Below, piece after piece: positions 12,601 to 26,372 of a DNA stretch of 64,000 nt. The stretch comes from Eledone cirrhosa (Eukaryota): assembly GCA_964016885.1 (NCBI GenBank), contig OZ024740.1:162440001-162504000 (forward strand). Reading direction: 5' to 3'. Numbering within the stretch: the stretch's first letter is position 1; each line of letters begins with the position of its first letter. Position numbers and translations under genes: made by a program. Below the pieces are notes generated by a model. That model was not told where the DNA came from and did no database searches. It saw only the letters and a list, made by a program, of their open reading frames with translations.

Positions 12601-13006
12601 TGTCCGAGATGCGCGCAGGGCGATGAAACCGTCCTGCACGCACTCGTCTATTGCTGACTTGTGGGTTTATGTCGAACACCTGCTGTCGCGTGTGGGACGG
12701 ATCCAGCTATCAGCTGAGTCCATCGTGAGGATTGCCCCGCCCTCTTCCTTTAGCCGGGAAGGGCAGGCAGTTTTTATCTGTCTGGTGGCCATGGCGAAAG
12801 AGATAGTATGGTGGACACGTTTGAAAGGGCTGAAGACGAGCACTTACCTCTTCGGTGATGCCCTGATTAACTTTTTCAAATTTCATTTGAAAAGGAAAAT
12901 CAGGGTAGAAAGGGAAGTGCTCTCTTCCCAGCATTTTGTTGAAAGATAGGTGAGAGAGGCAAGAATGGCCCGAGTGAATGGGCCTACTCTGAGTATGTGT
13001 CTGTAA
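9609..13006 (+). pseudogene. Tx1 ORF2 (apurinic endonuclease + RT), multiply frameshifted
   Basis: MTSLRIGSINARG, AISET, LVGDWNG, SYLDRV, SDH, GYWKLN, DQSKAFDRV, AYADD, CPRC. Confidence 0.9.
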
Positions 13007-13256
13007 ATTAAAGGTGGAAAACTGGGAGAGGGCACTTGCCCTGGTGGTCAGGGTCACTGTGGCTTTTTAATGGGCTTTCTCCACGAATCTCCCTCGGAAG
13101 TCTCCCCCCTATTGGGTAATTTTTTCATTGTTCTATTATTACATCCTCTGTTTCTTGTTTTTTGTACACGCAGAAATGCCCATTTGTACCGCCCTGTATT
13201 GTCCTGTACTGTCCTTAATGTCTACTTTATGTAAACCCTTGTGGTTAATAAAGAAA

Positions 13257-13309
<53 letters not shown>

Positions 13310-13313
13310 AAGT

Positions 13314-13370
13314 ACCAGTAATACATTGGGATAATTGGTGGCCTTGTGCCAAAAGTAGAAACAATTATTA
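13314..13370 (+). mobile_element. SINE 3' fragment
   Basis: GTACCAGTAAT..GGCCTTGTGCCAAAAGTAGAAACAATTATT matches the main SINE end. Confidence 0.7.
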
Positions 13371-13381
13371 TTAATAATATT

Positions 13382-13447
<66 letters not shown>

Positions 13448-13825
13448 GGTGTCCCAATACTGTATACACACTTCAACAGCATTCTAATATGTATAGCCTG
13501 TACAGGTATTCAAAATGTGTATATATTTTGAGGGGAATACTCTGTATATATATAGGTTGCATAACAGTTTCGAGAATTGCCAACCCTTGGCTTTTTTCTC
13601 ATATATAAAATTTTGGCCCTGCCCAGGACGTAGATTCCTTTCTGCATATGTTGCAACGAAAGAAATGAGAAAAGGCGATTGCTCACGCATCACATGTGAA
13701 AGTCGTATCTTTCAAGCACAGGCGACTGTGCTTGAAAGTTTTTTAAGTGAACAAAAAACTTGCTGTGGACCAATTCCACTCTCTGAACGACGGTGACATG
13801 TATAGAAATGGAAAAAGATGAATAT

Positions 13826-13898
13826 TGACGTACATGGGAGTCGAACCCACATCTTTGGTTATCCGGACCACTGTGCTACCATTTACACCAACACATCA
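13826..13898 (-). other. tRNA-like sequence (pseudo-tRNA or SINE head) inside a small inverted-repeat element
   Basis: Minus strand has a TGGTGTAAATGGTAGCAC D-arm, a TGGT-7nt-ACCA arm and a GTGGG TTCGACT CCCAT T-arm. The acceptor stem is out of register. Confidence 0.55.
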
Positions 13899-14144
13899 CC
13901 CGTCTTTTTCCATTCAAATTAGAAGCTATAAATGTAGCGACTGTAATGTCAAGTAAGAATATTTTCGAAACAGCAACTCCCATGTACGTCAATATTCATC
14001 TTTTTCCATTTCTCCGAGGGTTCTTAACCCCACTATCAGGCTAAATAATTTCTTTAATTTCTTTAGTCCAAATACGGCGATAGCTTACATTTCTAATAAT
14101 TTCAAACCCACTCGCTGTTTCGAAAATATTCTTACTTGATGTAC

Positions 14145-14238
<94 letters not shown>

Positions 14239-14362
14239 GTGTATGTGTGGATGAGACCCTTATTCGGCTTAATTCTCTGTACTTAAAGAAAGTAGATTGC
14301 CGATATCATTATAGGGATATTTTGACCGACGGTTAAGCCTAGGCCTATGGCAAAGAATCCCT

Positions 14363-14451
<89 letters not shown>

Positions 14452-14912
14452 AGAGAGAGAGAGAGGGTGAGACAGAGAGAGAGAGAGGGAGAGAGAGGAA
14501 ATAGCACGTGCCATCAACACCTTGCCGTCTAAATCTGACGTGTTCGTCAAGATGAATAGTCGTCAATCAAAACAAGGAAGAAAAGTAGGGAGATGTGAAG
14601 ACAGTTGTTGCAAAGATAAATAATGATTAGCATTCCTTCCTCTCAATCAGACATCACCCTATCACATCATCATTAGCTAAGATCAAAATCAACGGTATTA
14701 GAAACTAGAATATTAATTGTTTACGTAATATCTTAACTGCATGGAACAGAGAACCTCAGAACAATCAGATTTAAGAAAATGGATTGCATTTCATGCTTGA
14801 TCTAACAACTTATTTCGCTTGACTGCTTTATCATATCATCTATGTAATTAGTGAAGGTGATTAAGAATACGAAAGACTGGCATCTAACATTTGACATTAA
14901 TTCGCACGTATA

Positions 14913-14997
<85 letters not shown>

Positions 14998-15070
14998 ACA
15001 TGTATACATATGTATGTATATTTATTTACACACACACACACATATATATATATCTATATATATATGTATG

Positions 15071-15112
<42 letters not shown>

Positions 15113-17194
15113 CATCTATATGTACACACGAACGCACTCTCACACACACACACACATACACACACTCACACGTACACACACTCATAAATATATATATAAT
15201 TATGTGCATGCTCTTCGGTTTTAGTTTGTTATAGCCATCACGTTAGCATCACATTCATCTTGCTCTCACATTCTATATATATTAGATTGGACGTGTCGTC
15301 CACACCCTGCTGTCAAAAATGCCATATTCGTCAAAGTTGGATAGTCATGCAAAATAAGAAATATGTGCATAGAAGAAGGGGTGAGGAGATGGGGAGATAA
15401 AAGTGAAAGTAACTGTTGCAAAGATGAATCATAACCCCCCCCCCCCACACACACACACACACACGCGCGCATCACCTTCAACAGTCACCCCACCTGTATT
15501 AGGAAAGGTTTTACGTAATCGTTCAATCTTCTGGAAAGAGCAGCTAGGTCTCTCAGAACCGTATCCTACACCAATAAAACATTTGATAATGTTTGATGAA
15601 GATTAGAAAAAGGACCGGTGTGGTCATGGTTGGAATGTCTCTATGATAGCAAGTCTTCTGAATTAGCGATGATCTGGGTCTAAACAATAGTAACAATAAC
15701 AGCAACACCTGGATCGCTGCTTGGCTCCATGTACCATAGCTAGCAGAATCTACTGTAAGTATTATTGGGTCCACTGGGAAATCCATTAGCAAAAATTAGT
15801 CAGTAGATATGTGCGATGAAAAATTTCGAGAAGTCATGTGGAATGAAGCATTTAACGTTTTGTGCTTTTGTCCTTGTATGGGAGTGAGGGGGATACAGAA
15901 AAGGGCGTTTTGTTGTTTTGATCACATGCTCAAATGCTCGCCATAAAGACCACACTACATTTTTATCGCTTAGTCAGGAAGAGAAGGGAAAGAAACAGAA
16001 CTATTTAACTTTTTCAAGAACTCCATAAGTGGTTGGAGGGAGGAAGCTATCTTCAAACTGGCGACCTAACTTGAATATTTGCTGCAGAGTGGATTCCGCT
16101 AAAAGGTAACCAAGGACCGGATAGTCGTATTAATCCGGGCGACCTATTAAATCTATCACCCAATGACTCAGAACGTAAAGTCCTAGAAATTCACTTCACT
16201 AGATTTATTTTATTGATTCTGAATGAATGAAAACAAATAGTGGGTTTGGAGGGATTTGAACGAAAAGCAAAATATTAGATTTTTCATATCTAACAGTAAT
16301 TTCACTCATCGAAGTCTTTCACGAAGGTTCCTATTGAAAATATGGTTGTTATTAAGCTCAGGTTGTCCATAATGGAGCAGACATATGATTAATGCGGGAT
16401 AATGGCAGAATCGATAGGGCGTAGGCCAAAATATTTAGCCCTGGTCAGACCTGGTTGAGCAGACAGATTTATGATGAAATGAGTTGAGTTCCAACCGTGC
16501 CCACTACATCTTTGTGTATATCAAGGATTACATTATCTGATTCTTTAGTTAAGATGTTAGTGTGTGGTTTGCTGCTATTGCTAGTATGTTAAGTGGCCAC
16601 GTAAAACATCCATCCGATCGTTTACTATAGGGATGTTCCTGCGTGCTTCCTTACCTTATTTTCAATGATTTGATTTGATGACCTTTTCTTTCCTAACAGA
16701 GACTCGTCAAATAAAGATTTATTGTCCTTTATAATTCCGTGAATACCTTAGCTACACTGTTTTGTGACTAGGGTCACGCAAATAATCAAAGGTTTTGAAA
16801 GATCCAAAGCTGAAATATGCTCTCTGCAAGGCAGGCTCATACTGTAGTTTTAATCCATTTTTGAAGCCATTTCACTTTACTAGAATTACTTATTCTTCTG
16901 CTACATTTCTATTCGTTTTCATCTGTCTTGAATACACAGCATTTGTGCCTAGTAAAAAGTAACACCGGCTCTCTACGCACTGTGTTTCAGAGTTGATAAA
17001 AAAGAACCAGCGCAGTACTACTACAGTTTTCTCTTACTCTTCTTGTCACATTCTGGGTGCTCCACAGTATCAAAGGAGAGAAGGTCGATACGGCGTCCGT
17101 GATTCCTTGCATCTAAATTAAGTGAAAGTATGGTTCTTGTTACCACGTCTTCCTCGAATGACGGCCACAGTGGTTTTTACTTGAAAGAATAAGT

Positions 17195-17560
17195 AATAAA
17201 TCGTTCTAACATTGGCATATGACCAGCAATTTAAGGGGAGGAGAAAGTCGATTAAATCTACCCTAGTGTGTTACTGGTATTTTATTTTATCGCCTCCGTA
17301 AGGACAAAGCTAGCATCGGTAGGATTTTGAACTACAAACCTAAAGGAACGTAACTATATGCCACAGAGCAAGTTGACCGACGCTCTACTGATACTGCCAA
17401 TCCACTATCATTAACTAATGATTTGTACTTTAAGCACAAGGCCAGTAATTTTCGGTAGAGAAAAGTCGAATAAATTACTTTATTTTATTGACGCTATAAG
17501 GATGAATGGCAAATTTGACCTCAGCGAAATTTGAACTCAGAATATAACGAGCTAAGTACT
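17195..17560 (-). mobile_element. Two degenerate main-family SINEs
   Basis: Reverse-complement core (TTTATTTTATCG..GGATTTTGAACT..ACTGCCAATCC). Confidence 0.7.
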
Positions 17561-17699
17561 ATCAATCCACAGCCCTCTAGAATATCTAATAATAAAACTG
17601 TCCAAACCTACTTCATAACAAATTTAGCATATTTTGCTATTGTATTCTTTTGTTTTATCACTTTGTACAAATTTAGATAATTGTTAAATTTGTGTATCT

Positions 17700-17800
17700 T
17701 GCATAATTGCAATTATATTTCATAATCGCAATTGTATTCATAATTGCAATTATATTCATAATTATAATTGTATTCATAATTGCAATTGTATGCAAATGTT
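17700..17800. repeat. 18-bp minisatellite (AATTGCAATTATATTCAT)n
   Basis: About 5 degenerate copies seen. Confidence 0.75.
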
Positions 17801-18116
17801 TAACTGGCTTTCATTGTATGCAAATCGTTGATAATCTATATTGATAAGCTATATAATGAATATATGAACAATGAAGATGTATGTAGAATTGCGATGAATG
17901 AGATTGCAGCGTATTGAAATGAATGAGTTTTATATAACGGAGAGACATAATGCAATGGAACGATAGTATGTTACCATATGTGGCAGTGTGTCTAGAATTA
18001 ATTACTATTCTATGTGTGTGTGTATATATATATATATATATACATAGACACACACACAAATACACACATACACCCACACACAGAGCCCCCCTCCCCCCCA
18101 CACACATATATATATA

Positions 18117-18179
<63 letters not shown>

Positions 18180-18934
18180 GTTTATGTTACGTTGTTTACG
18201 AATGGGTGGAACTGGTGATTCCTGATAGTATAGATGATGCAATTAATTGAAGCAATCGACATTTTGCAAATCATCCATTGTAGATGTGGTATCCAGTGGT
18301 TGGTGCAGGAACGGAGTAAAGATTTCATTAAAATCAACACAGAAATCTGGACTGGAAACTTTATAATTTTGATTCCTCGAAAACACTATACATATTTCAA
18401 TAGCCCAGTTTCATAATACGAATATAACGCAAGGTCCAAGCGAATTCATCAGGTGTTAATTGCAGAATTAGTTATATAAGAGAACAGAATTTTGGCAAAC
18501 ATAGAGAATAAAAAAAATAGAAAATAGAAGACCGATTTTGATGCGGGGATGGCCCGCCGATTCTGTGTTATTGTAACAGTGATGACCTGTGTTACAAAAC
18601 CTCATGGTTTTAATTTCTCGATACATAAGCAAGTAAAGTGACTTGTTTATATATGAGTGGTTGCTTATAAATATAGGTCACTTAATGAAAGCGAGTGACG
18701 GTCTATTAAAATATATGGCCGATTATCCAAATAAGTGACACATTTGTATATGAGTGAATCTGCTTATAAACATAAGTAGAGTCATTTTTATTTATATATG
18801 CACGTAATCGGCATAATGAAACTGATGACACTAAGTACATTGCATTACTGAGGAGGGCAAATAAAATTGAAGCATGTTCAACGTTGTCGTCCGTACATTC
18901 CGAAATAATTAAAATGATATTAGACATTGAAATA

Positions 18935-19712
18935 TGATTTTTGATTTAGGCACAAGGCCAACAATTTGAGGGGAGTGGAAAGTTGATTAAATCGACCCAG
19001 TGCATTACTGGTACTTTATTTATCGACCCCGTAAGAATGAAAGGTAAAGCTAACCTCGGCGAGATTTGAACTCAGAACGTAAAGGGCCGTAACTCTATGC
19101 CATGAAGCATGGTGTCCGATGCACTACCGATACTACCAATCTACCGCCCTTAAATATTAAACAAATTGTTTCTACTTTTGGCACAAGGCCAGAAATTACC
19201 CAGTGTATTACCGGTACTTTATTTTATCGACCCCATAAAGATGAAAGGCAAAGTTAACCTCGGCAGGATTTGAACTCAGAATGGCAAGGGCCGTAACTCT
19301 ATGCGTCAAAAGCATGGCGTCCGACCCTCTACCGATACTGCCATAGCTTTTCTTCCCCGCATAGATCCTTAGCGACTCTGCTCGTAAATATAATTAACAC
19401 ACTTAAACATGTCCAGAATTAAGCAAATGTCTTTTCCTCAACGCATAAGTATTTTTATTCTTTCTACATTAAATATGCTAAAACTAACTTAACTTTTCAA
19501 ATATATGTATGAAACCAATATAATTGTTTCTACTTTGGGCACAAGGCCAGCTCTTACCCCAGTGCATTATTGGTGCTTTATTTTATCGACGCCGTAAGGA
19601 GGGAAGGTAAAGTTAACATCGGCGGGATTTGAACTCAGAACGCAAAGGGTCATAACTCTATGCCGGTGTCTGACAAAGCTTGGTGTCAGACGCTCTACCG
19701 ATACTGCCAATG
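18935..19712 (-). mobile_element. Three main-family SINEs in the same orientation (~18935-19150, 19165-19345, 19520-19712)
   Basis: Each has GGCACAAGGCC..TTATCGAC..GATTTGAACTCAGA. Confidence 0.85.
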
Positions 19713-20814
19713 TACCCAAATGATGGGCTTTAGTTGTACGTGTGTATCATTAAGTACAAATAATTTTATAGTAAATCAACCTTCATCGGTTTCTATGATG
19801 AGTATTCCAGTTGTTTGATCAGGAAATTACAGATATATGTACCCATACAATGTGTGACAAGAATGACCTTTTGAATTACAGGTACAGCCCAGCGGACGAG
19901 TTTCTAAACAGCTTCCGTCTGTTCACCCAGTCTCATTCCCAAAGCTTGGTTCGACCCAAAGCTATGGTAAGACACTAACCCAAGAAGCCATTCTATAGAG
20001 TCGAATTCAGGACCTCAATGATTTTAAAGCGAAAATCTTAATCGTTCGGGTATGCTGCATCCGGTTTTGTATTTGTGCGTATAAATAGCAAATGATATGA
20101 TGTATGAATAAAAAGGAATATAACGTGACAGTGAGCTTAAAGGTGTGAGCACATACAAATATAAACTTATGAATTCTAACAGTCTGTATTGATAAGGTGC
20201 TTAGCTTTTACACTGATTTTACACTGACTTTACACTAATCAAGATTTTGATTTTACGCCGCATCAATGTAGATGTAAATATGTACTTGGCTTAACTCAGC
20301 TGGCTAATTAGCGGATTCATTGACCTGAATTTGTACTTAACGTGGTCAAATTTGCCTTTCGGTTTCGATAAAATAAAGTAACAGTATAAGGCGTTGAATT
20401 AGTAGAAATGCTAGAGCGCCAGATAAGATGACTCGCGATTTTTGTTCCGACAAAGAGCCGGAACAAATCCCGCTGTGGCCTATCTGGGTGGTAGACTTAA
20501 TCATTTGCCCAGTTTAACACTACTGCCTAACCCTTCGGTGTCTTTAGCAAAATTCATCCTGTTGCAGGAATTCAGACCAGTTTGAGAATACTTACCTTAC
20601 TTCCTCCCAACAACTATAGAGGCACTGAAACTAGTTATGGGCACCACCCTTTCTTTTTTGACAAATCTGTAAAAAAGGGGCCTCCTAATAAGCAACGAGA
20701 CATGATAATTTAACAAATGTATCATTTATGTATATATCTTTCCAAGTGAGCGTTCGTTAAACGTACTATATAAGATTATAGCCAATTGACTTATATAATA
20801 TCGGATCAGCAGAG

Positions 20815-21620
20815 GGTGGTAGATTGACAAAATCATTAGAGTGTTGGACAAAAAGCTCTCCATTCTGAGTTCAATTCCATCTGAAATCAACTTTGAATTT
20901 CATGCTTCCAGGATCAATAAAATAAAGTATCTATCAAGTATTTTGTTGATTTAATAGACCAACCATTTCCTTTAAATTTATATTAAAAATCATTATTTTT
21001 TTCTATACAGAGAAAGTGTGGTGGATTGGCAGAATCATTAGAGCGTCGGACAAAATGTCACGTGACATTTAATTACTGACCTTCATGTTTCATCATTTCG
21101 GGGTCCATAAATTAAAATTCCAGTCACATCCTGGGGTCATTGTAATTGACTTTCATCTTCCCCGAAAATGTTGGCCTTGTGCCTAAATCATAAAACATTA
21201 TTTTTAGGCGGAGGACCGTCACATATGCCTTGCCATATTTAGCTATTATCGTTTATTTAAAATTTTAGAGTCAAGTTTATCATTCATACTTACAGATTCA
21301 ATAACGTAAGTACCAGTCAAATACTGAAGTCGATGTATATACTCCTCCAATATTTTTGGCTTTGCGCCAATAAAATATATCATTATTCATTAATACTACT
21401 AGGGCGGTGGATTGGCAGTATATGTGGAGAGTCAGACACCATGCTTTGCAGCATAGAGTTACGCCCCTTTATGATCTGAGTTCAAATCCCGCCGAGGTTA
21501 ACTTTGCCTTTCATCCTTACGGGGGTCGATAAAATAAAGTACCAGTCACGCACTGGGTTGATTTAATCGACTTTCCCGTCCCCCAACATTGCTGACCTTG
21601 TGCCTATATAAGAAACCATT
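20815..21620 (+). mobile_element. Cluster of main-family SINEs (best copy 21403-21620)
   Basis: Repeated GGATTGGCAG / GAGTTCAA / TTTCATC..GGGGTC motifs. Confidence 0.75.
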
Positions 21621-22240
21621 ACCCATTAATACTACTATTGGCCTTGATTCATCAATGGAAGCAGGACTTTGGATTAGTACATGGCATATTAACACTATTG
21701 TCACTATAACTGAGGTTTCATAGTGTAAAACAAGTTGTTTTTTAAGAATTTCTGCCGAACAAAAAAAATGACGATATGACGAGTAACATTTCAAGTATGT
21801 GGATAGTATTTGTATGTAAATTCTTGATACTGCATGAAAATGAATGTGCGTGTCTGTAAATAAACATCACTGTTGTGTAAACAACCAATTCACTATATAA
21901 ATAAGTAACAGTATATGTAAACGTTAAATTACTATGCAATTAGTATAATCTACAGTGTGGCAGTATGTGTCAATACGTTACACAATATACAAATAATAGA
22001 TATAATTTATAAGTCAATGACTGCGTTTTTAAATGACATAAATCTCTCCTTCATCGGCAGCTCTGCTGCGAGTAATGGAGTAGTCATTTATCAAGTTTTC
22101 AATTAAACCTTAATACACATTCCAGTAGCTTTTAGGTTTATTTAGTATTAATAAAGGCAGAATGTTAGGACATCATATTAAAACATTCCTCGATATTTGT
22201 TTCAGCTCACTGCGGTCTGAGTCCCACCGAGGTCAACAAA

Positions 22241-22460
22241 TTACTTTGAAGGCAGCACTTCCTTCTCCACCCTGATTTTCCTCTTTAAGTGAAACCTGAA
22301 GAAGTTAATCGTGGAGTCGCCGAAGAGGAAAGTACCCGTGGTCAACCCTTTCAGATGCGTCTTCCATACAATCTCGTTCACCATGGCCATCAGACAGACA
22401 AAACCTGTCTGCCCTTCCTGACTAAGGAAGGGCGGCGGCGTGATTTTGACGATGGACTCA
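22241..22460 (-). mobile_element. Tx1 ORF2 3' fragment
   Basis: ESIVKITPPP..GQTGFVCLMAM..INFFRFHLKRKIRVEKEVL matches copies A, B and C. Confidence 0.85.
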
Positions 22461-23414
22461 ATAATGATAATAAAAATATTAATGACAAAATAAAATAACA
22501 TAACAGATAAATAAAATAAAATAAAATTTAATATGTTCTAATGCTTAAGCATATGTTTTTCAGCAGCAAGCTGGAAATAACTCTGAACTTTTTCAGAATT
22601 TCTCTTTTAATGGCAAGTCTACGACGACAATTTATCAGAAATTACTGTTGTATACTTGTCTCATTATGTGTATCAAACATTCTTTAACTTCTCTCGCAAA
22701 AAAAAAAAAAAAACTTATCCGACCTTATCGTATAATTTGACTGGAAAACATGTTGCATCCCTTCAACAAAGATATACAGCAGGATGCTAAGGGCATTCAT
22801 GCCACCTTAAAACTAAAATTCTTAGTCATATTGTAAACTTTCGTTACTTCGACACATCGTTCCTCTCAATAGTGACGTAGGAATAGACGAATCTGTTAAC
22901 GTCGCAATCATTACACTTCGATTCTAAGCTCTCAGGATAGATTGATAGATTTTGTGTAGTCCTGCTTCGAAATGTTCATAATTAGGAACAACTACATCAT
23001 CTATGTATACACAACCCCCACCTAATTGATTAATCATACATATTCTCATAAGCTTCTTCAACCCTACCAGAGAGTCAAACTCACAGGAAGATGTAAATTC
23101 GCCAGGAGCGAACTACAGTTCTAGTTCATTAGTATACTTTATAACACTACTTGCCTTATAACACTACCTGCGAATGCAACGTAAGAATTATTTACTATAA
23201 ACCCGACCGCTCCTATGGGTTTATTCTTTGTCCGATTAGTGTATCTGTTATATCTTATTCTAGATATGAAACCCTTGTCGTTCCTAAAGGAAACATATTT
23301 AAACTTATTTCCGAAAACCAGGTTTTGTTATTCTATCTACCTATCTCAGTTCCAAACTAGTATATTGGGTGAAGTCATACATTGGCATTGCTTTTATTAA
23401 ACTTATTCTGCCTA

Positions 23415-23486
<72 letters not shown>

Positions 23487-23535
23487 CTTTCGTTCATTCG
23501 ATCATTCTCTCTCTCTCTCTCACTCTCTCTCTCTC

Positions 23536-23569
<34 letters not shown>

Positions 23570-23927
23570 AGAGAAAGAGAGAGAGTGAGTTAGATAGATA
23601 GATAGGTATAAATAAACACATGCATATATACATACATACATACATGCATACATTCATACATGCCTATATACATACACATACACATACACGCACACATACA
23701 TGCATACATACATGCCTACATACATGTATACATACATATATACATACATACATGCATGCCTACATACATGCATACATGCCTACATACATGCATACATACA
23801 TACATACACATGCATACATACATACATACATACATACATACATACATACATACATACATACACACACATACATACATACATACATACATACATACATACA
23901 TACATACATACATACACACACACATAC
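23415..23927. repeat. Compound microsatellite (ATCT)n/(CT)n/(TA)n/(CATA)n
   Basis: Seen directly. Confidence 0.95.
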
Positions 23928-24474
23928 TTAAAACAGCAATTGATGCGCAACAATCAATGAAGGCTGACGCTTACTTAACGAAGATTTATTCGTATTTTTC
24001 TCTTTTTCTTTTAGCTATTAATCTATGCAAAGTGTTGCATGCTTGCTATAGTCTAGTCACTAAAAGGATACTTATCCTCTCTAATAGCACGAAAGAAAAA
24101 CAAAAAATTTTTACAATCTTGGCACTTATAGTAGTAAAGCCTTTTATTAATAGGAATTACACAGCTGAGCAAGTGCTTACTGTAGCTGAAGGAAATTAAA
24201 TCACTTTGTTAAGCCGGATTGTTTTCATATTTTTACCTTCTTAAGTATAATAATATTCATATGGTTTAACAATCTTAAAGCAGGAATTGCATGCTATATA
24301 TGTATGTATTATAGAGCCACACAGAGACACACGTGAGATATTTTATAGTCAGCAGTGTGTGCCCCAGTAAATAATTAATTATAATTAGGAGTTAAAAAAA
24401 TTTGTTTAAAAATAATTTTAAATTAAAAATATGAATAGCTTTAAAGAAACCCAGGAAATATTTCATAGATATAA

Positions 24475-24505
<31 letters not shown>

Positions 24506-24783
24506 TTATGTATGCGTCTATAGGTATTTTGTATGTGCATATGTGTGTGTGTGTGTATATATATATAAAAAACAAAGAGGGTGTGGTAAGATACGATGTG
24601 GACCATAACGCACCAGAGTACTCAATACTTAGGGTAGTAGAGTGGGTAATAGGAAAATAGTCAGGACCCCGACGGCTGAGATCCGGCCGTTTCGAAAGCT
24701 AGATCCGAACGCATTGTTTTGGTTTTCAAATTATTTGTGTATCCTATTCAACAATGCTACAAAACTCTGATATATATATGCAT

Positions 24784-24893
<110 letters not shown>

Positions 24894-25053
24894 TATGGTT
24901 TGTTTCACACACCACATACGCACACATACACACACAGTGAATATTATTAAACTTGACTTCGTCGACATCACTCATATATATATATAGTAATAATAATAAA
25001 TTTGAAGACTAAAATCCAAACTAAAATACATACATATATATATATATATATAT

Positions 25054-25933
25054 ATCTATATATAAAACTGTGGTTGTCTGTCTGTCTATCGATTTTTGGC
25101 ACACATCTCCTCTTAGAATCTCTCACGGAATTGCACCGAAATTGCTATACTTGTACATTGAGCCCTAGCGAAGACATCGGAAAAAAAAAATTTCAAATTG
25201 ACCCACCCTATGTGACGAAATCGAATATAATGTATCGATTTTTTAGCGTAAGTTATCAGTTATTTCCCTTTGTTCTGTTTACATTGAGCGTCTTACGTAA
25301 AAAATTACGCTGGCTTTACGAACAGTTGTCGAGCCAGCAAAATATTGACCTGCAAAATTCATCAGTTCGAACACTAAGCTTCCGTTTTGCTTCATTTCCA
25401 TTTAAAAGCATTTTAAAACAATATTTTTACTTGAAAACAAGTCTATTTAAAGACTACGTAAAACAAGCAAATATTTCGTCGTTAGGCGTGCAGACAGACA
25501 GTCGTGCAGACAGACAGTCGTGTAGAGAGGTGATATACGCGTGCAGACAGACAGTCGTGCAGAGAGGTGATATAGGCGTGCAGACACACAGTCGTGCAGA
25601 GAGGTGATATAGGCGTGCAGACAGACATAACTGATAATTTGGTTACGCTAATGTTTTTCTCTGCGTTGCAGTGTTTACATTTTCGATCTTTGTTAATAAA
25701 TAACCAGTGCAGTTTCTATCCCCAGCATCCTCTTTTGTTATAACATTCGGGTTATCGTTATGTTTTCTTAACTTCATAAGGCATATTGTTGGTTGAGGGA
25801 ATATTAATCAAAAACACCACATGCAAGTCTGCACAGTAGACACTACAGTTTTTAAGCCAAGAAAGAAACTTAACATTGTAACTTTAACACAGCTACTGAG
25901 CGACCCCGAGCAACGCCGGGCTTTACTGCTAGT
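25054..25933 (+). mobile_element. Non-autonomous Helitron-like element with internal ~37-bp tandem (25485-25625)
   Basis: 5' A|TCTATATATAAAA plus (GTCT)n; 3' hairpin CCCGAGCAACGCCGGG then CTAG|T. Confidence 0.75.
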
Positions 25934-26068
25934 ATATATATAAGTTCTATTTAAATTGTTTGGATGCAACAAGCAAATATTTTTATAACTGATATAAAGC
26001 ACTCAACAAATAATTGGAGTAAAAATACGATATTAACAAATGGAAACTATATTTATAAAACCATATTT

Positions 26069-26131
26069 ATTTCATTATACATATTTCAAGGACACCAAGT
26101 TAAATTATGGTGTGCTTTCATCAGATAAAAT
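26069..26131 (-). ncRNA. Minimal type I hammerhead ribozyme (left arm)
   Basis: Reverse complement of 26269-26331. Confidence 0.75.
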
Positions 26132-26268
26132 ATAATATAGAGCAGTTTTATAAATAAATATTGACATACCCTTAAAGAATGCAACCATTACTGTTGGAAG
26201 CTCCCGGATAGTTGGTTGCATTCTGTAAGGGTATGTCAATATTTATTTATAAAACTGCTCTATATTAT

Positions 26269-26331
26269 ATTTTATCTGATGAAAGCACACCATAATTTAA
26301 CTTGGTGTCCTTGAAATATGTATAATGAAAT
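26269..26331 (+). ncRNA. Minimal type I hammerhead ribozyme (right arm)
   Basis: ATTTTAT-CTGATGA-AAGcACACCA..TGGTGTcCTT-GAA-ATATGTAT-A-ATGAAAT. Stem I is 7 bp with one GU pair and stem III is quasi-palindromic. Confidence 0.75.
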
Positions 26332-26372
26332 AAATATGGTTTTATAAATATAGTTTCCATTTGTTAATATCG

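Larger units (their letters stand above)
7458..13258 (+). mobile_element. Tx1/L1-clade LINE copy B, near full length, decayed
   Basis: 5'UTR, broken ORF1, ORF2 with APE+RT+Cys motif and 3'UTR with AATAAA. (ATT)n lies on both sides (7404-7457, 13258-13307). Confidence 0.92.

Noticed and set aside
13826-13898. Functional tRNA gene
   Set aside because: The acceptor stem is out of register, the anticodon loop is atypical (no U33), and it sits inside a rearranged repeat.
15600-17200. Possible host exons in less repetitive DNA
   Set aside because: There is no long ORF or recognisable peptide. Short exons cannot be excluded without RNA-seq.
18815-18870. CTGATGA/CTGAGGA hammerhead cores
   Set aside because: There is no downstream GAAA and no supporting stems.
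25002-25607. 201-aa ORF as a host gene
   Set aside because: It runs through microsatellite, Helitron-like and tandem-repeat sequence with no domain.
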